From an uncultured delta proteobacterium (lineage in GTDB: Bacteria; Myxococcota; Myxococcia; Myxococcales; Anaeromyxobacteraceae), in the NCBI GenBank assembly GCA_963845515.1, contig CAWJSR010000010.1:96001-160000 (forward strand): 64,000 bases of DNA, in the 5' to 3' direction. Both the position numbers and the translations under genes were made by a program. Positions 51,547-63,929 of the stretch are shown here, in pieces (the first letter of the stretch is position 1; each line of letters opens with the position of its first letter). The notes under the pieces were generated by a model. That model was not told the DNA's origin. It saw only the letters and a list, made by a program, of their open reading frames with translations, and did not search any database.

Positions 51547-51627
51547 TGCATCCCCAAGGCGCGAAGACGCAATGAATGGTCAGGGCCGGAACCGGGGAGA
51601 GGGAGCTGATCCTGTCGCGCTGCGCGC

Positions 51628-53279
51628 TCAACTGATGCCTCCGAGCCCCAGTGAGTGGCGCAGCAGCTCCTCCTGGACCACCGTGCTCCCCGCGAGGACC
51701 GCCCGCCGCTCGCGCCAGCCGGCGTCGAGGAGGTCCGCGAGCTCCGCCCGGATCTGGTCGGGCGACCAGCCCAGCTCCCGCCCAGCGAGCTGGGCCGCGA
51801 TCCGGGCGCAGTCGAGCCCGCCACAGGCGCCGGTCGCCAGCCTGATGCGGCGCCGGAGATCCTGGAGCCGCCGGACCTTCTCGTGCCGCACGGCGTGGAG
51901 CACCTCCGCCGCGATGATCCCCTCCGAGCGGCAGAGGACGAGGCCGAGGCGCGGCTCCTCGCGGACGAGCCTCAGCACCTCGACCGCCCGGCTGCCGTGG
52001 CGGTAGACGAGCCTCGACGCGATCCCGGCGTCGACCCCGTGCTCCGCGGCGAGCGCGACGGGGTCGGGCAGGCCCTCGCCGCCGGGGAGCGGCTCGGCGT
52101 GGGTGCGGCAGGCGACCGGCCGGCGCCCGAGCCGCGAGAGGATCCAGTCGGCCGCCTCCTGGGACTGCGCGCGGTAACTGGCGAGCTTCCCGCCGACGAT
52201 CGAGAGGAGCCCGTCGAAGCCGTCGACGGCGCCGTCGTAGAGCCTGTGATCGCGCGACAGCGCGTCCTCGTTCGGTCCCCAGTCGTAGAGCGTGGTCCGC
52301 AGGCCGCACCACGCGCGCACGATCCGCGCGCGCCTGATCGCGGGCACCAGCGCCTCGACCGCCTCGACCAGGTACTCCACCTCGTCGTGCGTCGCCTCCA
52401 CGTCGTCCGGGTCCCCGTAGTAGTCGTCGTCGGTCGTGCCGATGATCGACTCGTCGCCGTGCGGCATGACGAACATCTGGCGGCCGTCCACGGCGGTGCA
52501 GAGGATCGCCGTAGTTCGACCAGCGCCGGTCGAGCGTCAGGTGGACCCCCTTCCCCGGGCGCATCGCCACCTTCGCGCCGTGCCGCCTGGCGAGCGCAGG
52601 CGACCAGGCGCCGGTGGCGTTGAAGACGATCGGCGCGTACGCCTCCCCCTCCTCGCCCGGTGAGCGCGTCGCGCCAGACCACGCCGCGGACGTGGCCGCG
52701 CTCGGTGAGGATCCGGCGCCCCTCGGTCCAGTTATGGACCTCGGCGCCAGCCCGCTCCGCCGACAGCGCGTTGAGCACGCAGAGCCGGAAGGCGTCGATC
52801 CCCCACTCGTCGAAGGTGATCGCGCCGTGCAGGCCGGGCCGGAGCGATGGCTCGAGCTGGTAGAGCTCGCCGGCCGTGAGGCGGGTGGACGGCTTGCCCC
52901 GCTTCAGCGGCTGGAAGCGGTCATAGGCGCCGAAGTAGGTCTCGTAGGCGTACCAGGTCGCCCGCTCCCAGAGCGACGCCCCCTCCTTCCTGGAGGTGAA
53001 GGGCATCAGGAACGGGATCCGGAAGAGCAGGTGCGGCGCGATCTTCTGGATGTAGCCGGAGTCCCGGCACGCCAAGGCCGTGACCTGCCGGTCGGCGACC
53101 ATGTACCGGACGCCGCCGTGGATCATCCCGGAGCTGTTGCCGCTGGCGCCGACGCCGAAGTCGGTCTTCTCCAGCAGGAGCACGGAGAGGCCACGCAGCG
53201 CGAGGTCGCGCGCGGTCCCGACGCCGTTGACCCCGCCCCCGAGGACGATTACGTCGAAGTGCCCGCCGGCTCGACTCAC
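51628..53279 (-). CDS. glpA: FAD-dependent glycerol-3-phosphate dehydrogenase GlpA/GlpD (frameshifts near 52510 and 52650)
   Basis: VLGGGVNG, GASGNSSGMIHGGVRY, KGVHL, IGTTD, GGKLASYR; C-terminal LCRSE...GACGGLDC BFD-like Cys motif. Confidence 0.82.
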
Positions 53280-53319
53280 CCGGGAAGTCTAACCCGGTAG
53301 GGCGAAGGGAGGGAGCCCG

Positions 53320-56675
<3,356 letters not shown>

Positions 56676-56687
56676 GGGTGAGACTGC

Positions 56688-56713
56688 CCTCTCTCCCCCA
56701 GGGGGGAGAGGGA
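56688..56713. repeat. Palindromic repeat family, copy 5 (possible terminator of argG)
   Basis: CCCTCTCTCCCCCAGGGGGGAGAGGG. Confidence 0.6.
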
Positions 56714-56718
56714 GCCGC

Positions 56719-56745
56719 GTTGCAGTAACGTCACGGCCGCGCCAC
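56719..56745 (+). promoter_or_regulatory. Putative Pho-box-like direct repeats upstream of phoB
   Basis: GTTGC (56719), GTCAC (56730) and GCCAC (56741) at 11-bp spacing. Confidence 0.4.
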
Positions 56746-56767
56746 CCGACCGCTATGCATCCGCGGG

Positions 56768-57478
56768 ATGAAGGGTGGCGTGCCTACGGTCCTGATCGTC
56801 GACGACGAGCGCGACATCCTGACCTCCCTCGAGTTCAACCTCGAGGCTGAGGGGTTCGAGACGCTCCTCGCCTCGACCGGCGAGGAGGCGCTCGCCTGGC
56901 TTAGGGCGCGCGTGCCCGACGTCGTCCTGCTCGACCTGATGCTCCCGGACCTCCCGGGCACCGAGATCTGCCGCCGCATCAAGGCGGACCTCCGCACGAG
57001 CGGGGTCCCCATCGTGGTCCTCTCAGCGCGCGGCGATGAGGTGGATCGGGTCGTCCTCTTCGAGCTCGGCGCCGATGACTACGTCCGCAAGCCGTTCAGC
57101 GTCCGCGAGCTGGTGCTCCGGCTTCGCGCCGTGCTTCGCCGGACCGCGGCTCCTTCCCCGCCGTCACGGTCAGTGGTGGCGATCGGCCCCATCGTGCTCG
57201 ACCGCGACGCCCACCGCTGCACCGTGAGCGGCCGCGACGTCGTGCTGACACAGATCGAGTTCAAGCTCCTCGGGACGCTGATGGATCGCGCTGGCCGCGC
57301 CCAGTCGCGCGAGCGCCTGCTGTCGGACGTCTGGGACCTGTCCGAAGGGGTCGAGAGCCGGACCGTCGACACGCACATGAAGCGACTCCGCGACAAGCTC
57401 CGGCCGGCGGACGGCATGATCGAGACCGTGCGCGGGCTCGGCTACCGGCTCGTCGAGCCGAAGTCCCCCCGGCGCTGA
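56768..57478 (+). CDS. phoB: OmpR/PhoB family response regulator, PhoB-like
   Basis: Receiver DLMLPD, GADDYVRKPFS, wHTH SRTVDTHMKRLRDKL...TVRGLGY; adjacent to porin and pstS. Confidence 0.8.
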   Translation: MKGGVPTVLIVDDERDILTSLEFNLEAEGFETLLASTGEEALAWLRARVPDVVLLDLMLPDLPGTEICRRIKADLRTSGVPIVVLSARGDEVDRVVLFELGADDYVRKPFSVRELVLRLRAVLRRTAAPSPPSRSVVAIGPIVLDRDAHRCTVSGRDVVLTQIEFKLLGTLMDRAGRAQSRERLLSDVWDLSEGVESRTVDTHMKRLRDKLRPADGMIETVRGLGYRLVEPKSPRR

Positions 57479-57552
57479 TCCCCGCCGCCGTGACGCGGCC
57501 GTCGCCCTTCCGTGGCGGCGCCGTCGCAGATCCTCCACCGGGCCCAGACGAA

Positions 57553-57606
57553 TTGACCGAGCCGTAACAGGCGCGCTGCGGCGGCGCCACGCGCCCCCCG
57601 TAGAAC
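57553..57606 (+). promoter_or_regulatory. Putative Pho boxes and -10-like element for porin-pstS
   Basis: TTGAC (57553), GTAAC (57564), GCTGC (57575) and GCCAC (57586) at 11-bp spacing, then 10 nt, then TAGAAC. Confidence 0.5.
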
Positions 57607-57644
57607 GTCGTCGAGACGAACTCACACAGAGGAACTTCGACGAC

Positions 57645-58901
57645 ATGAATCCACGCAGCCTCGCCGTTCTCGCCGTTCTCGCCGCGCTCGTCACTGCCCC
57701 CGCGGCCGCCCATGCCCAGGAGGCCGCTGCGCCGGCATCTCCCACGCTCGCGCCCACCACCGCTCCAGCCCGGGACCTCACCTCGGACGTCGACACGGTC
57801 GGCGGCAAGGTCGACGCAGTCACCGAGAAGGTGGCTGAGCTCGACACCGCCGTCGCTGGGCTCAAGAAGCTCAGGTTCTCCGGCTACGTCCAGGGGCGCT
57901 GGGCCTGGCTCGAGGGCGCGCGCTACGAGCCGAAGTGCGCCGCCGCAACCTGCACCGCCGACGAGCTGAAGGCCTACGCGCCGCCCGACAAGGACAACTT
58001 CTACGTCCGCCGCGGCCGCTTCAAGGCGACCTACGACACCGACCTCGCGCAGGCCGTCCTCCAGCTGGACGTGGTCCCGTCCGGAGTCTCAATCAAGGAG
58101 GGCTTCGTCACGCTGAAGCTGCCGCAGGGCTTCGCAGTCGACACCGGCCTCCAGCTCCTCCCCTTCGGTTACGAGGTCTCACAGCGCTCGTCCGCCGACC
58201 TCGATCTGCTCGAGCGCAGCCAGGTCACCGGCAAGCTCCTCAAGGGTGAGTACGACCTCGGCGTCGCGCTGCGCGGCGCCAGGGGCCCCGTGAGCTTCAA
58301 GGTCGGCCTCTTCAACGGGAACGGCATCGACGGCGGCAAGGGCCGGGACAACGACCAGCTGAAGGACGTGATCGGCCGGGTCGGGTTCGACCTCGGCACG
58401 GTCACCGGAGGCCTCTCCGGCTGGTACGGCAAGACCATCGACTACACCAGCACGGCCAACACCGAGTACGACCGGGTCCGCGCTGGCGCCGACCTGCAGG
58501 TCTACCTCGACCTGCTCCCGATCGGCGGGACGGCGCTCAAGGGCGAGTACATCTGGGGCAAGACCGCCATCGGCACCGGCGGCGCCGGGGCCGGCGACAA
58601 GCTCGGCACGACGATGTCCGGCTACTACCTGCTCGCGTCGCAGAACGTCGGCAAGCGGCATCAGGTGGACGTCCGCTGGGACTCCTTCATCCCCGATCAC
58701 GGCCTCGATCACGACGACGCCGCGAACGCCAAGAAGGTCTTCCAGACGAACGAGCTCTCGGCCGCGCTTCACACCTTCGTCGGCGAGGCCTGGAAGCTCT
58801 CGCTCGCCTACTACCACCCGATGAACGGCACCAAGGGGCCGAGCGCTCCGTCCGACCCGAAGTCGGACAGCGTCATCGCACAGGCCCAGGTCAAGTTCTA
58901 A
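57645..58901 (+). CDS. Outer-membrane porin, phosphate-selective OprO/OprP-like
   Basis: Signal peptide, short coiled coil, FSGYVQGR, FYVRRGRFK, FNGNG, C-terminal QVKF; directly upstream of pstS. Confidence 0.8.
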   Translation: MNPRSLAVLAVLAALVTAPAAAHAQEAAAPASPTLAPTTAPARDLTSDVDTVGGKVDAVTEKVAELDTAVAGLKKLRFSGYVQGRWAWLEGARYEPKCAAATCTADELKAYAPPDKDNFYVRRGRFKATYDTDLAQAVLQLDVVPSGVSIKEGFVTLKLPQGFAVDTGLQLLPFGYEVSQRSSADLDLLERSQVTGKLLKGEYDLGVALRGARGPVSFKVGLFNGNGIDGGKGRDNDQLKDVIGRVGFDLGTVTGGLSGWYGKTIDYTSTANTEYDRVRAGADLQVYLDLLPIGGTALKGEYIWGKTAIGTGGAGAGDKLGTTMSGYYLLASQNVGKRHQVDVRWDSFIPDHGLDHDDAANAKKVFQTNELSAALHTFVGEAWKLSLAYYHPMNGTKGPSAPSDPKSDSVIAQAQVKF

Positions 58902-58930
58902 CCGTCACCGAACCACACAGGAGCAACCAT

Positions 58931-59753
58931 ATGAAGCGCATCGCAGTGTTCTTCGCGGCCGCCCTCGCCGCCGCCCCGGCCCTCGCCAGCGCCCAGGCGC
59001 TGACCGTCAAGGGCTCCGACACGATGGTCATCCTCGCCCAGCGCTGGGCCGAGGCGTACATGAAGAAGGTGCAGGGCAAGAAGGTCCAGGTGACCGGGGG
59101 CGGCTCCGGGACCGGGATCGCGGCCCTCATCAACGGCACGACCGAGATCGCCAACTCGTCGCGCTCCATCAAGGACGCCGAGAAGGCGAAGGTGCGGGAT
59201 AGGTTCAGCGTCCTCCCCGCAGAGACCGTGGTGGCAAGGGACGGCGTCGCGTTCTACGTCCACGAGTCCAACCCGGTGGCGCAGCTCACCGTCCAGCAGC
59301 TCAAGGCCATCTACGTGGGCGACGTGACCAGCTGGAAGGAGGTCGGCGGCAAGGACGAGCCGATCGTCGTCTTCTCGCGCGAGAACTCCTCGGGCACTTA
59401 CGTCTTCGTGAAGGAGAACGTCCTCGGCAACGAGGACTACGCCGCGAGCGCCCAGACGCTCCCCGGCACCGCCGCCGTCGTCAACGCCGTCTCCAAGGAG
59501 GCGAAGGGGATCGGCTACGGCGGCGCCGCCTACGCCAAGGGCGTGAAGAGAGCTCAAGATCGTCGGCAAGGACGGCCAGGGCTACCTTCCGATGGCGGAG
59601 AACGTGAAGAGCGGTGCCTATCCGCTGTCGCGCCCGCTCTTCATGTACACGCGCGGCAAGCCCCAGGGCGACGCGAAGGCCTTCATTGAATACTGCCTCT
59701 CCGCCGAGGGGCAGGCGGTGGTCACGCAGGTCGGGTACTTCCCGGTCAAGTAG
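58931..59753 (+). CDS. pstS: Phosphate ABC transporter substrate-binding protein (frameshift near 59545)
   Basis: VKGSDTM, GGGSGTGIAAL, SSRSIK, SRENSSGT; corrected tail YPLSRPLFMY...QVGYFPVK*. Confidence 0.92.
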
Positions 59754-59839
59754 CGAGCTGTCGAGCCGATCGACGCTCACGCGGCGGTCGTCCACGTGCA
59801 CGCAGCCCCTCGGGGCGCGGCGCGAGGGACGGCCGCCGC

Positions 59840-59910
59840 GGCCGTTCCAGTTGCTGCGCCCGGGTTTCCCAAGAGGATTCACCTCCGAGTCACGCCCATG
59901 CTGGGGACAC
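59840..59910 (-). mobile_element. Degenerate 5' fragment of a class IIC group II intron
   Basis: GTGTCCCCAGCATGGGCGTGACTCGGAGGTGAA matches the 5' end of the full intron at 31 of 33 positions; also lies behind a hairpin. Confidence 0.8.
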
Positions 59911-59916
59911 CACGAA

Positions 59917-59949
59917 AGAGGCCGGCGGCCCCGTGGGTCGCCGGCCTCT
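59917..59949. terminator. Stem-loop terminator downstream of the response regulator
   Basis: AGAGGCCGGCGGCCC-CGT-GGGTCGCCGGCCTCT, 15-bp stem; short T run follows on the minus strand. Confidence 0.8.
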
Positions 59950-59970
59950 CGCCGCGGGCTGGGCACCCCG

Positions 59971-60345
59971 TCAGCGCGCGCGGGCGTCCAGCGCACTCCG
60001 GACCGCGGAGCGCAGCCGAGCGGGATCGCCCTTCATCACGTAACCCGCCGTCCCCAGGCGGAGCGACGCCTTTCGAAGCGACTCCTCGTCGTTCGACGAG
60101 TAGAGGAAGATCGAGAAGCTCCGTTCCTTCTGGCACTGGTCCAGGAGCCCAGCGACGGTCTCCCCCGACAGCCCCGGCATGTTGACGTCGAGGAGGACCA
60201 CGTCCGGCCGCTCCCTCAGGACCTTGAGCGTGGCCCCGAACCCGGAGCGGTTCACGACCACCCGGTGGCCCTCGGCCTCGAGGATCTCCTGCGTGTAGAG
60301 GAGATGGGTGGGATCGTCGTCGATGATGAGTACCTTGCCGTTCAC
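59971..60345 (-). CDS. Single-domain response regulator
   Basis: VLIIDDD, LLDVNMPG, YSS, YVMKG. Confidence 0.92.
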   Translation of the reverse strand: MNGKVLIIDDDPTHLLYTQEILEAEGHRVVVNRSGFGATLKVLRERPDVVLLDVNMPGLSGETVAGLLDQCQKERSFSIFLYSSNDEESLRKASLRLGTAGYVMKGDPARLRSAVRSALDARAR

Positions 60346-61598
60346 TGGTGAGGCTCCTCCGGCGGAGCGCCGGTCGAGAGGTGGAGGGTGAAGCAGCTGC
60401 CCTCGCCGTACCGGCTCTCGACGGCGATGCGGCCGCCGAGGAGCCGGGCCAGCGAGCGGGAGATCACGAGCCCCAACCCGGTCCCCGCGTGCGACTTGGT
60501 GCGGGCGTCCTCGAGCTGGCCGAAGGGCTGGAAGAGGCGGTCGAGATCCTCCGTCCGGATACCGCAGCCGGAGTCGCGGACCCAGAGCCGCGTCTCCCCA
60601 GGCGAGGAGGTCGCCCCGAGCTCGATGGTGCCGGCCTCGGTGAACTTGGCGGCGTTGCTGAGGAGGTTGAGCAGGATCTGGTGGAGCCGCTGGCGGTCGA
60701 CGTGGACCGTCGAGGGCGCGCCCCGGCGTTCGACGCGCACCTCGACCCGCCGGGACCCCAGGAGGAGGCGCGTCGTCGCCGCCAGCTCCTCCAGGAGCTG
60801 GGCGAGCGCCACGGGCTCAGCCTGGAGGGTCATCTTCCCAGCCTCGAGCTTGGAGAGGTCGAGGATGGCGTTGACGGTCCCACGCAGCCCGGTGGCCGTC
60901 CGATCGAGGAGCTCCAGCCGTTCCTGGACGGCTGCCAGGTCGCCCCGGGTGCAGGCCATCGAGAGGATCTCCGTCAGGCCGACGATCGCGTTGATCGGCG
61001 AGCGGAGCTCGTGGGTGGCGTGCGCGAGGAACTGGGCGCGGATCGACTCCACCTTCTCCAGCTCACGGTTCCGCTCGAGCGCCGACTCTTGCTCGAGGAC
61101 CGCGCGAGCGAGCGCCAGCCCCTGCTCGACCGCCAGGTCGCGCGCCGAGAGGAGACCGACGAACTGCCCTTCGCCGTCCACGACGACGAGGTCGTCGTAG
61201 GCGCGGCTCGGTGGCCGGGAGAAGGCCAACTCCACCGCCTCAGCCAGCGCGGTGGCCCCGGCGATCACCAGCGGCTCCGGATCGGCGATCCGCATGGAGG
61301 GTCGGCGACCGAAGATCTCGTAGCCGAAGTTCCGGCCCAGCTTCAGGAGGAGCGCCTGTCGCGTCACCAGCCCCACCGGCCGCCCTCCCCTCACCAGGGC
61401 TACGGAGTCCAGCTCCGGTCGTTCGCGGAAGACCTCAACGAGGTGCGAGACGAGCATGTCGGGCGACGCCTGGTCGCCACTTCGGACGAGGTCGCGCACC
61501 GGCCTCGCCGCGTTGCGTCCTTCGGGTGGCGCCGGGGAGGCGTGGCGGTGGTGGCCGGGGCGGGGCGCCTCGACCAGGGGTCGACCTACGTTGGGCAT
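60342..61598 (-). CDS. Cytoplasmic histidine kinase with an N-terminal CBS domain pair
   Basis: CBS-like PVGLVTR and FVGLLS; THELRSP H-box, NLLSNAAKFT, DSGCGI, GTGLGL; no TM. Confidence 0.9.
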   Translation of the reverse strand: MPNVGRPLVEAPRPGHHRHASPAPPEGRNAARPVRDLVRSGDQASPDMLVSHLVEVFRERPELDSVALVRGGRPVGLVTRQALLLKLGRNFGYEIFGRRPSMRIADPEPLVIAGATALAEAVELAFSRPPSRAYDDLVVVDGEGQFVGLLSARDLAVEQGLALARAVLEQESALERNRELEKVESIRAQFLAHATHELRSPINAIVGLTEILSMACTRGDLAAVQERLELLDRTATGLRGTVNAILDLSKLEAGKMTLQAEPVALAQLLEELAATTRLLLGSRRVEVRVERRGAPSTVHVDRQRLHQILLNLLSNAAKFTEAGTIELGATSSPGETRLWVRDSGCGIRTEDLDRLFQPFGQLEDARTKSHAGTGLGLVISRSLARLLGGRIAVESRYGEGSCFTLHLSTGAPPEEPHQ

Positions 61599-61612
61599 GG
61601 CGGTCTCCGTGT

Positions 61613-62563
61613 TCAGTCGCGGCGGTCGATACCCGCCGCCAGCAGCGCCAGCCCCTCGAAGAGGAGGTGGGCCGCGAGGTGGGAGGTGAGATCGGCGTGA
61701 TCCAGCACAGGGCAGACCTCCACCACGTCCATGCCAGCGAGCTGGATCCCTTTGAGCTGGCCAATCAGGCCGAGCAGCTCGCGGGAGGAGAGTCCGCCGG
61801 GGACTGGCGTCCCGGTGCCGGGCGCGAAGGCGGGGTCAGCGACGTCAACGTCGATCGTGATCCAGGTCGGCATCCCGTCGAAAGCGCTGGAGATCGTCCG
61901 CGCGAGCGTGGCAGGGCCGAGCTGCGAGAAGGCGTCTGCGTCCACGCGGCGCGCCCCGGCACAGTCGCCGGGGGCACCGTCCTCGCCAGTAGCCCAGGGG
62001 CCGCGGAGTCCGACCTGCCAGAGCCGCCCGAGCGACACGAGCCCCTCGTCGATGGCGTGGCCGATCGGCGTGCCGTGGTGCCAGGGGTCGCCCCAGGTGT
62101 CCGGCCCGCTCGTGTCGAGGTGGGCGTCGAGGTGGAGCACGGCGAGCGGGCCGTGCCGGCGCGCAGCCGCACGGAGCGCCGGAAGCGTGATCGAGTGGTC
62201 TCCACCGACGAGGAACGGCGCGGCCCCCTGCGCGATGACCGCGGCCGTGGTCGCCTCGATCGCCGCTCGCCCCGCCGCGCGATCGAACGGCGGGAAGACT
62301 ACGTTGCCTGCATCGACCGCCGCGGTCCCGTCGAAGGCGTCGAGGCGGCGCACGGGGTGCCAGCCCTGGAGCAGCGCGCTCACTCGCCGCACGTGAAACG
62401 GGGCGAGGCGGGCTCCCGGCTGGTAGGTTGTCCCAGCGTCGGTCGGTACGCCGATCAGCGCGGCGCGGGTGCCGTCCGGCAGCCGGCGCGGATCGGCCCG
62501 GGGGAGCCGGAAGAACGGGGTCTGCCCCTCGCGGAGGTACTCAAGCGCGCTCGCCTGGGCCAT
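61613..62563 (-). CDS. Ureohydrolase, agmatinase family
   Basis: GGDHSIT, DAHLD, HGTP, DVDVADP, PGTGTPVPGG, DVVEVCP. Confidence 0.9.
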   Translation of the reverse strand: MAQASALEYLREGQTPFFRLPRADPRRLPDGTRAALIGVPTDAGTTYQPGARLAPFHVRRVSALLQGWHPVRRLDAFDGTAAVDAGNVVFPPFDRAAGRAAIEATTAAVIAQGAAPFLVGGDHSITLPALRAAARRHGPLAVLHLDAHLDTSGPDTWGDPWHHGTPIGHAIDEGLVSLGRLWQVGLRGPWATGEDGAPGDCAGARRVDADAFSQLGPATLARTISSAFDGMPTWITIDVDVADPAFAPGTGTPVPGGLSSRELLGLIGQLKGIQLAGMDVVEVCPVLDHADLTSHLAAHLLFEGLALLAAGIDRRD

Positions 62564-62572
62564 GTCGAGCGC

Positions 62573-63331
62573 TCAGGCATCTCGAAGCGAGAGGACTGCC
62601 GACCGCACGGCGCAGGCGAGCTCCGCGGCGACGTCCCAGCCGTCGGCCTCGATCGGCGCTCCGAAGCGCACCAGCGCGTGCGCGCGCGCACCGCCAGCGA
62701 ACCGGAGGTAGTGGGGCAGGAAGCTGTCGTCACCGACCCACGCCAACTCGGGACGATCGTAGGAGATGCTGACGGGCACGATGGGAACCTCGCCGACGCG
62801 CGCCATCCAGAGGAGGCCAGGGTGGAACGGGAGGACGCCGTCCCCCCGGGTGGTCGTGCCTTCCGGGAAGTTGAGCACGGCGATGCCGTCTTCCAGCGCG
62901 CGCGCGGCAGCGCGCAGCACCCGCACTCCGGAGCGGCCGTTTCCCCGCTCCACGAAGAGGACGCCGAGCTCCTTCGCCATTGCGCCGATCACCGGCCAGG
63001 CTGCGACCGCGTCCTTCGAGATCGGGAGGCAGGGGAGGAGCCCGCCGACCACCAGGGGGTCGAGCCAGCTCAGGTGATTGCACGCCAGCAGCGCGGCGCC
63101 TGCGGGACGCACCCCCTCCACGGTCACCTCGATCCCGTGGAGCGCGGTGACCCGCTCAAGCAGGCCGCACATCAAGCGAACCCGCGCGAGCCGTCCCGCG
63201 CGGTCCACACCCCCCGCCAGGCCCCTCAGCCGGAGCGCTGTCCCAACTGCTGCGGCCCCGGTGGCGGCGAGGCGCCGTCCCGCTCGCGCGGTGGCCGGGA
63301 CCCCCTCCTGGACGAGCCGAAGAGCGCTCAC
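62573..63331 (-). CDS. PlsC/OlsA-type lysolipid acyltransferase
   Basis: NHLSWLD (HX4D), FVERG, FPEGTT, IVPV, WVGDD. Confidence 0.9.
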   Translation of the reverse strand: MSALRLVQEGVPATARAGRRLAATGAAAVGTALRLRGLAGGVDRAGRLARVRLMCGLLERVTALHGIEVTVEGVRPAGAALLACNHLSWLDPLVVGGLLPCLPISKDAVAAWPVIGAMAKELGVLFVERGNGRSGVRVLRAAARALEDGIAVLNFPEGTTTRGDGVLPFHPGLLWMARVGEVPIVPVSISYDRPELAWVGDDSFLPHYLRFAGGARAHALVRFGAPIEADGWDVAAELACAVRSAVLSLRDA

Positions 63332-63852
63332 GCCGCACCCGCCAGCGTCGAACCGTCGACCAGGCCGATCCGTTCCAGCCGGGGCCGCATCCGGTCGAAC
63401 GCGTCACGCTCGATCCGGGAGACGAGCCGGCGGTCCCCCGGCCCGTAGAAGTTCTCGCGAATCCCCACCTCGCGGGCGCCCAGCGCCGCGTGGAGCGCCC
63501 GCGCCGCCGCGTTCTCCTCCTTCACGGTGAACCAGCAGCTGTCGACCCGCGCGGAGAGCGAGCCGATCAGGCGCTGCACGAGCCCGAAGGCGACGCGCGT
63601 CCCCTGGTACTCGGGAAGCACGCCGAGCGTCGTGCAATAGGCCTCGCGGCCGCGGATGAAGCAGAGGACGTACCCGAGCAACCTCTCGTCCTCTTCAGCG
63701 GCGAAGCAGGTGTCGGCGAAGAACTCGCAGCAGAGCCGGACGTAGTAGGGGCCGAGGACGTCTTCGCCGGCGACACCGAAGACCTGCTCCTCGAGCCTCA
63801 TGATCGCCGCGAAGTCCTCGCGGCGTAGCGAACGGATGATTCGACGTGCCAT
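63328..63852 (-). CDS. GNAT family N-acyltransferase
   Basis: [13 protein letters not shown] acyl-CoA motif, [27 protein letters not shown]; stop overlaps the PlsC start. Confidence 0.88.
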   Translation of the reverse strand: MARRIIRSLRREDFAAIMRLEEQVFGVAGEDVLGPYYVRLCCEFFADTCFAAEEDERLLGYVLCFIRGREAYCTTLGVLPEYQGTRVAFGLVQRLIGSLSARVDSCWFTVKEENAAARALHAALGAREVGIRENFYGPGDRRLVSRIERDAFDRMRPRLERIGLVDGSTLAGAA

Positions 63853-63875
63853 GGATCCTCCTTCGAGCTGCGAGG

Positions 63876-63929
63876 AGCCTAGCGACCAGGCGTGCGGAGC
63901 CCGTGGCGCGCCTGCGACGATTGGGTTGC
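63876..63929 (-). promoter_or_regulatory. Putative Pho boxes and -10-like element for the GNAT-PlsC-ureohydrolase operon
   Basis: On the minus strand GCAAC, GTCGC, GCCAC and CGCAC at 11-bp spacing, then 10 nt, then TAGGCT. Confidence 0.4.
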
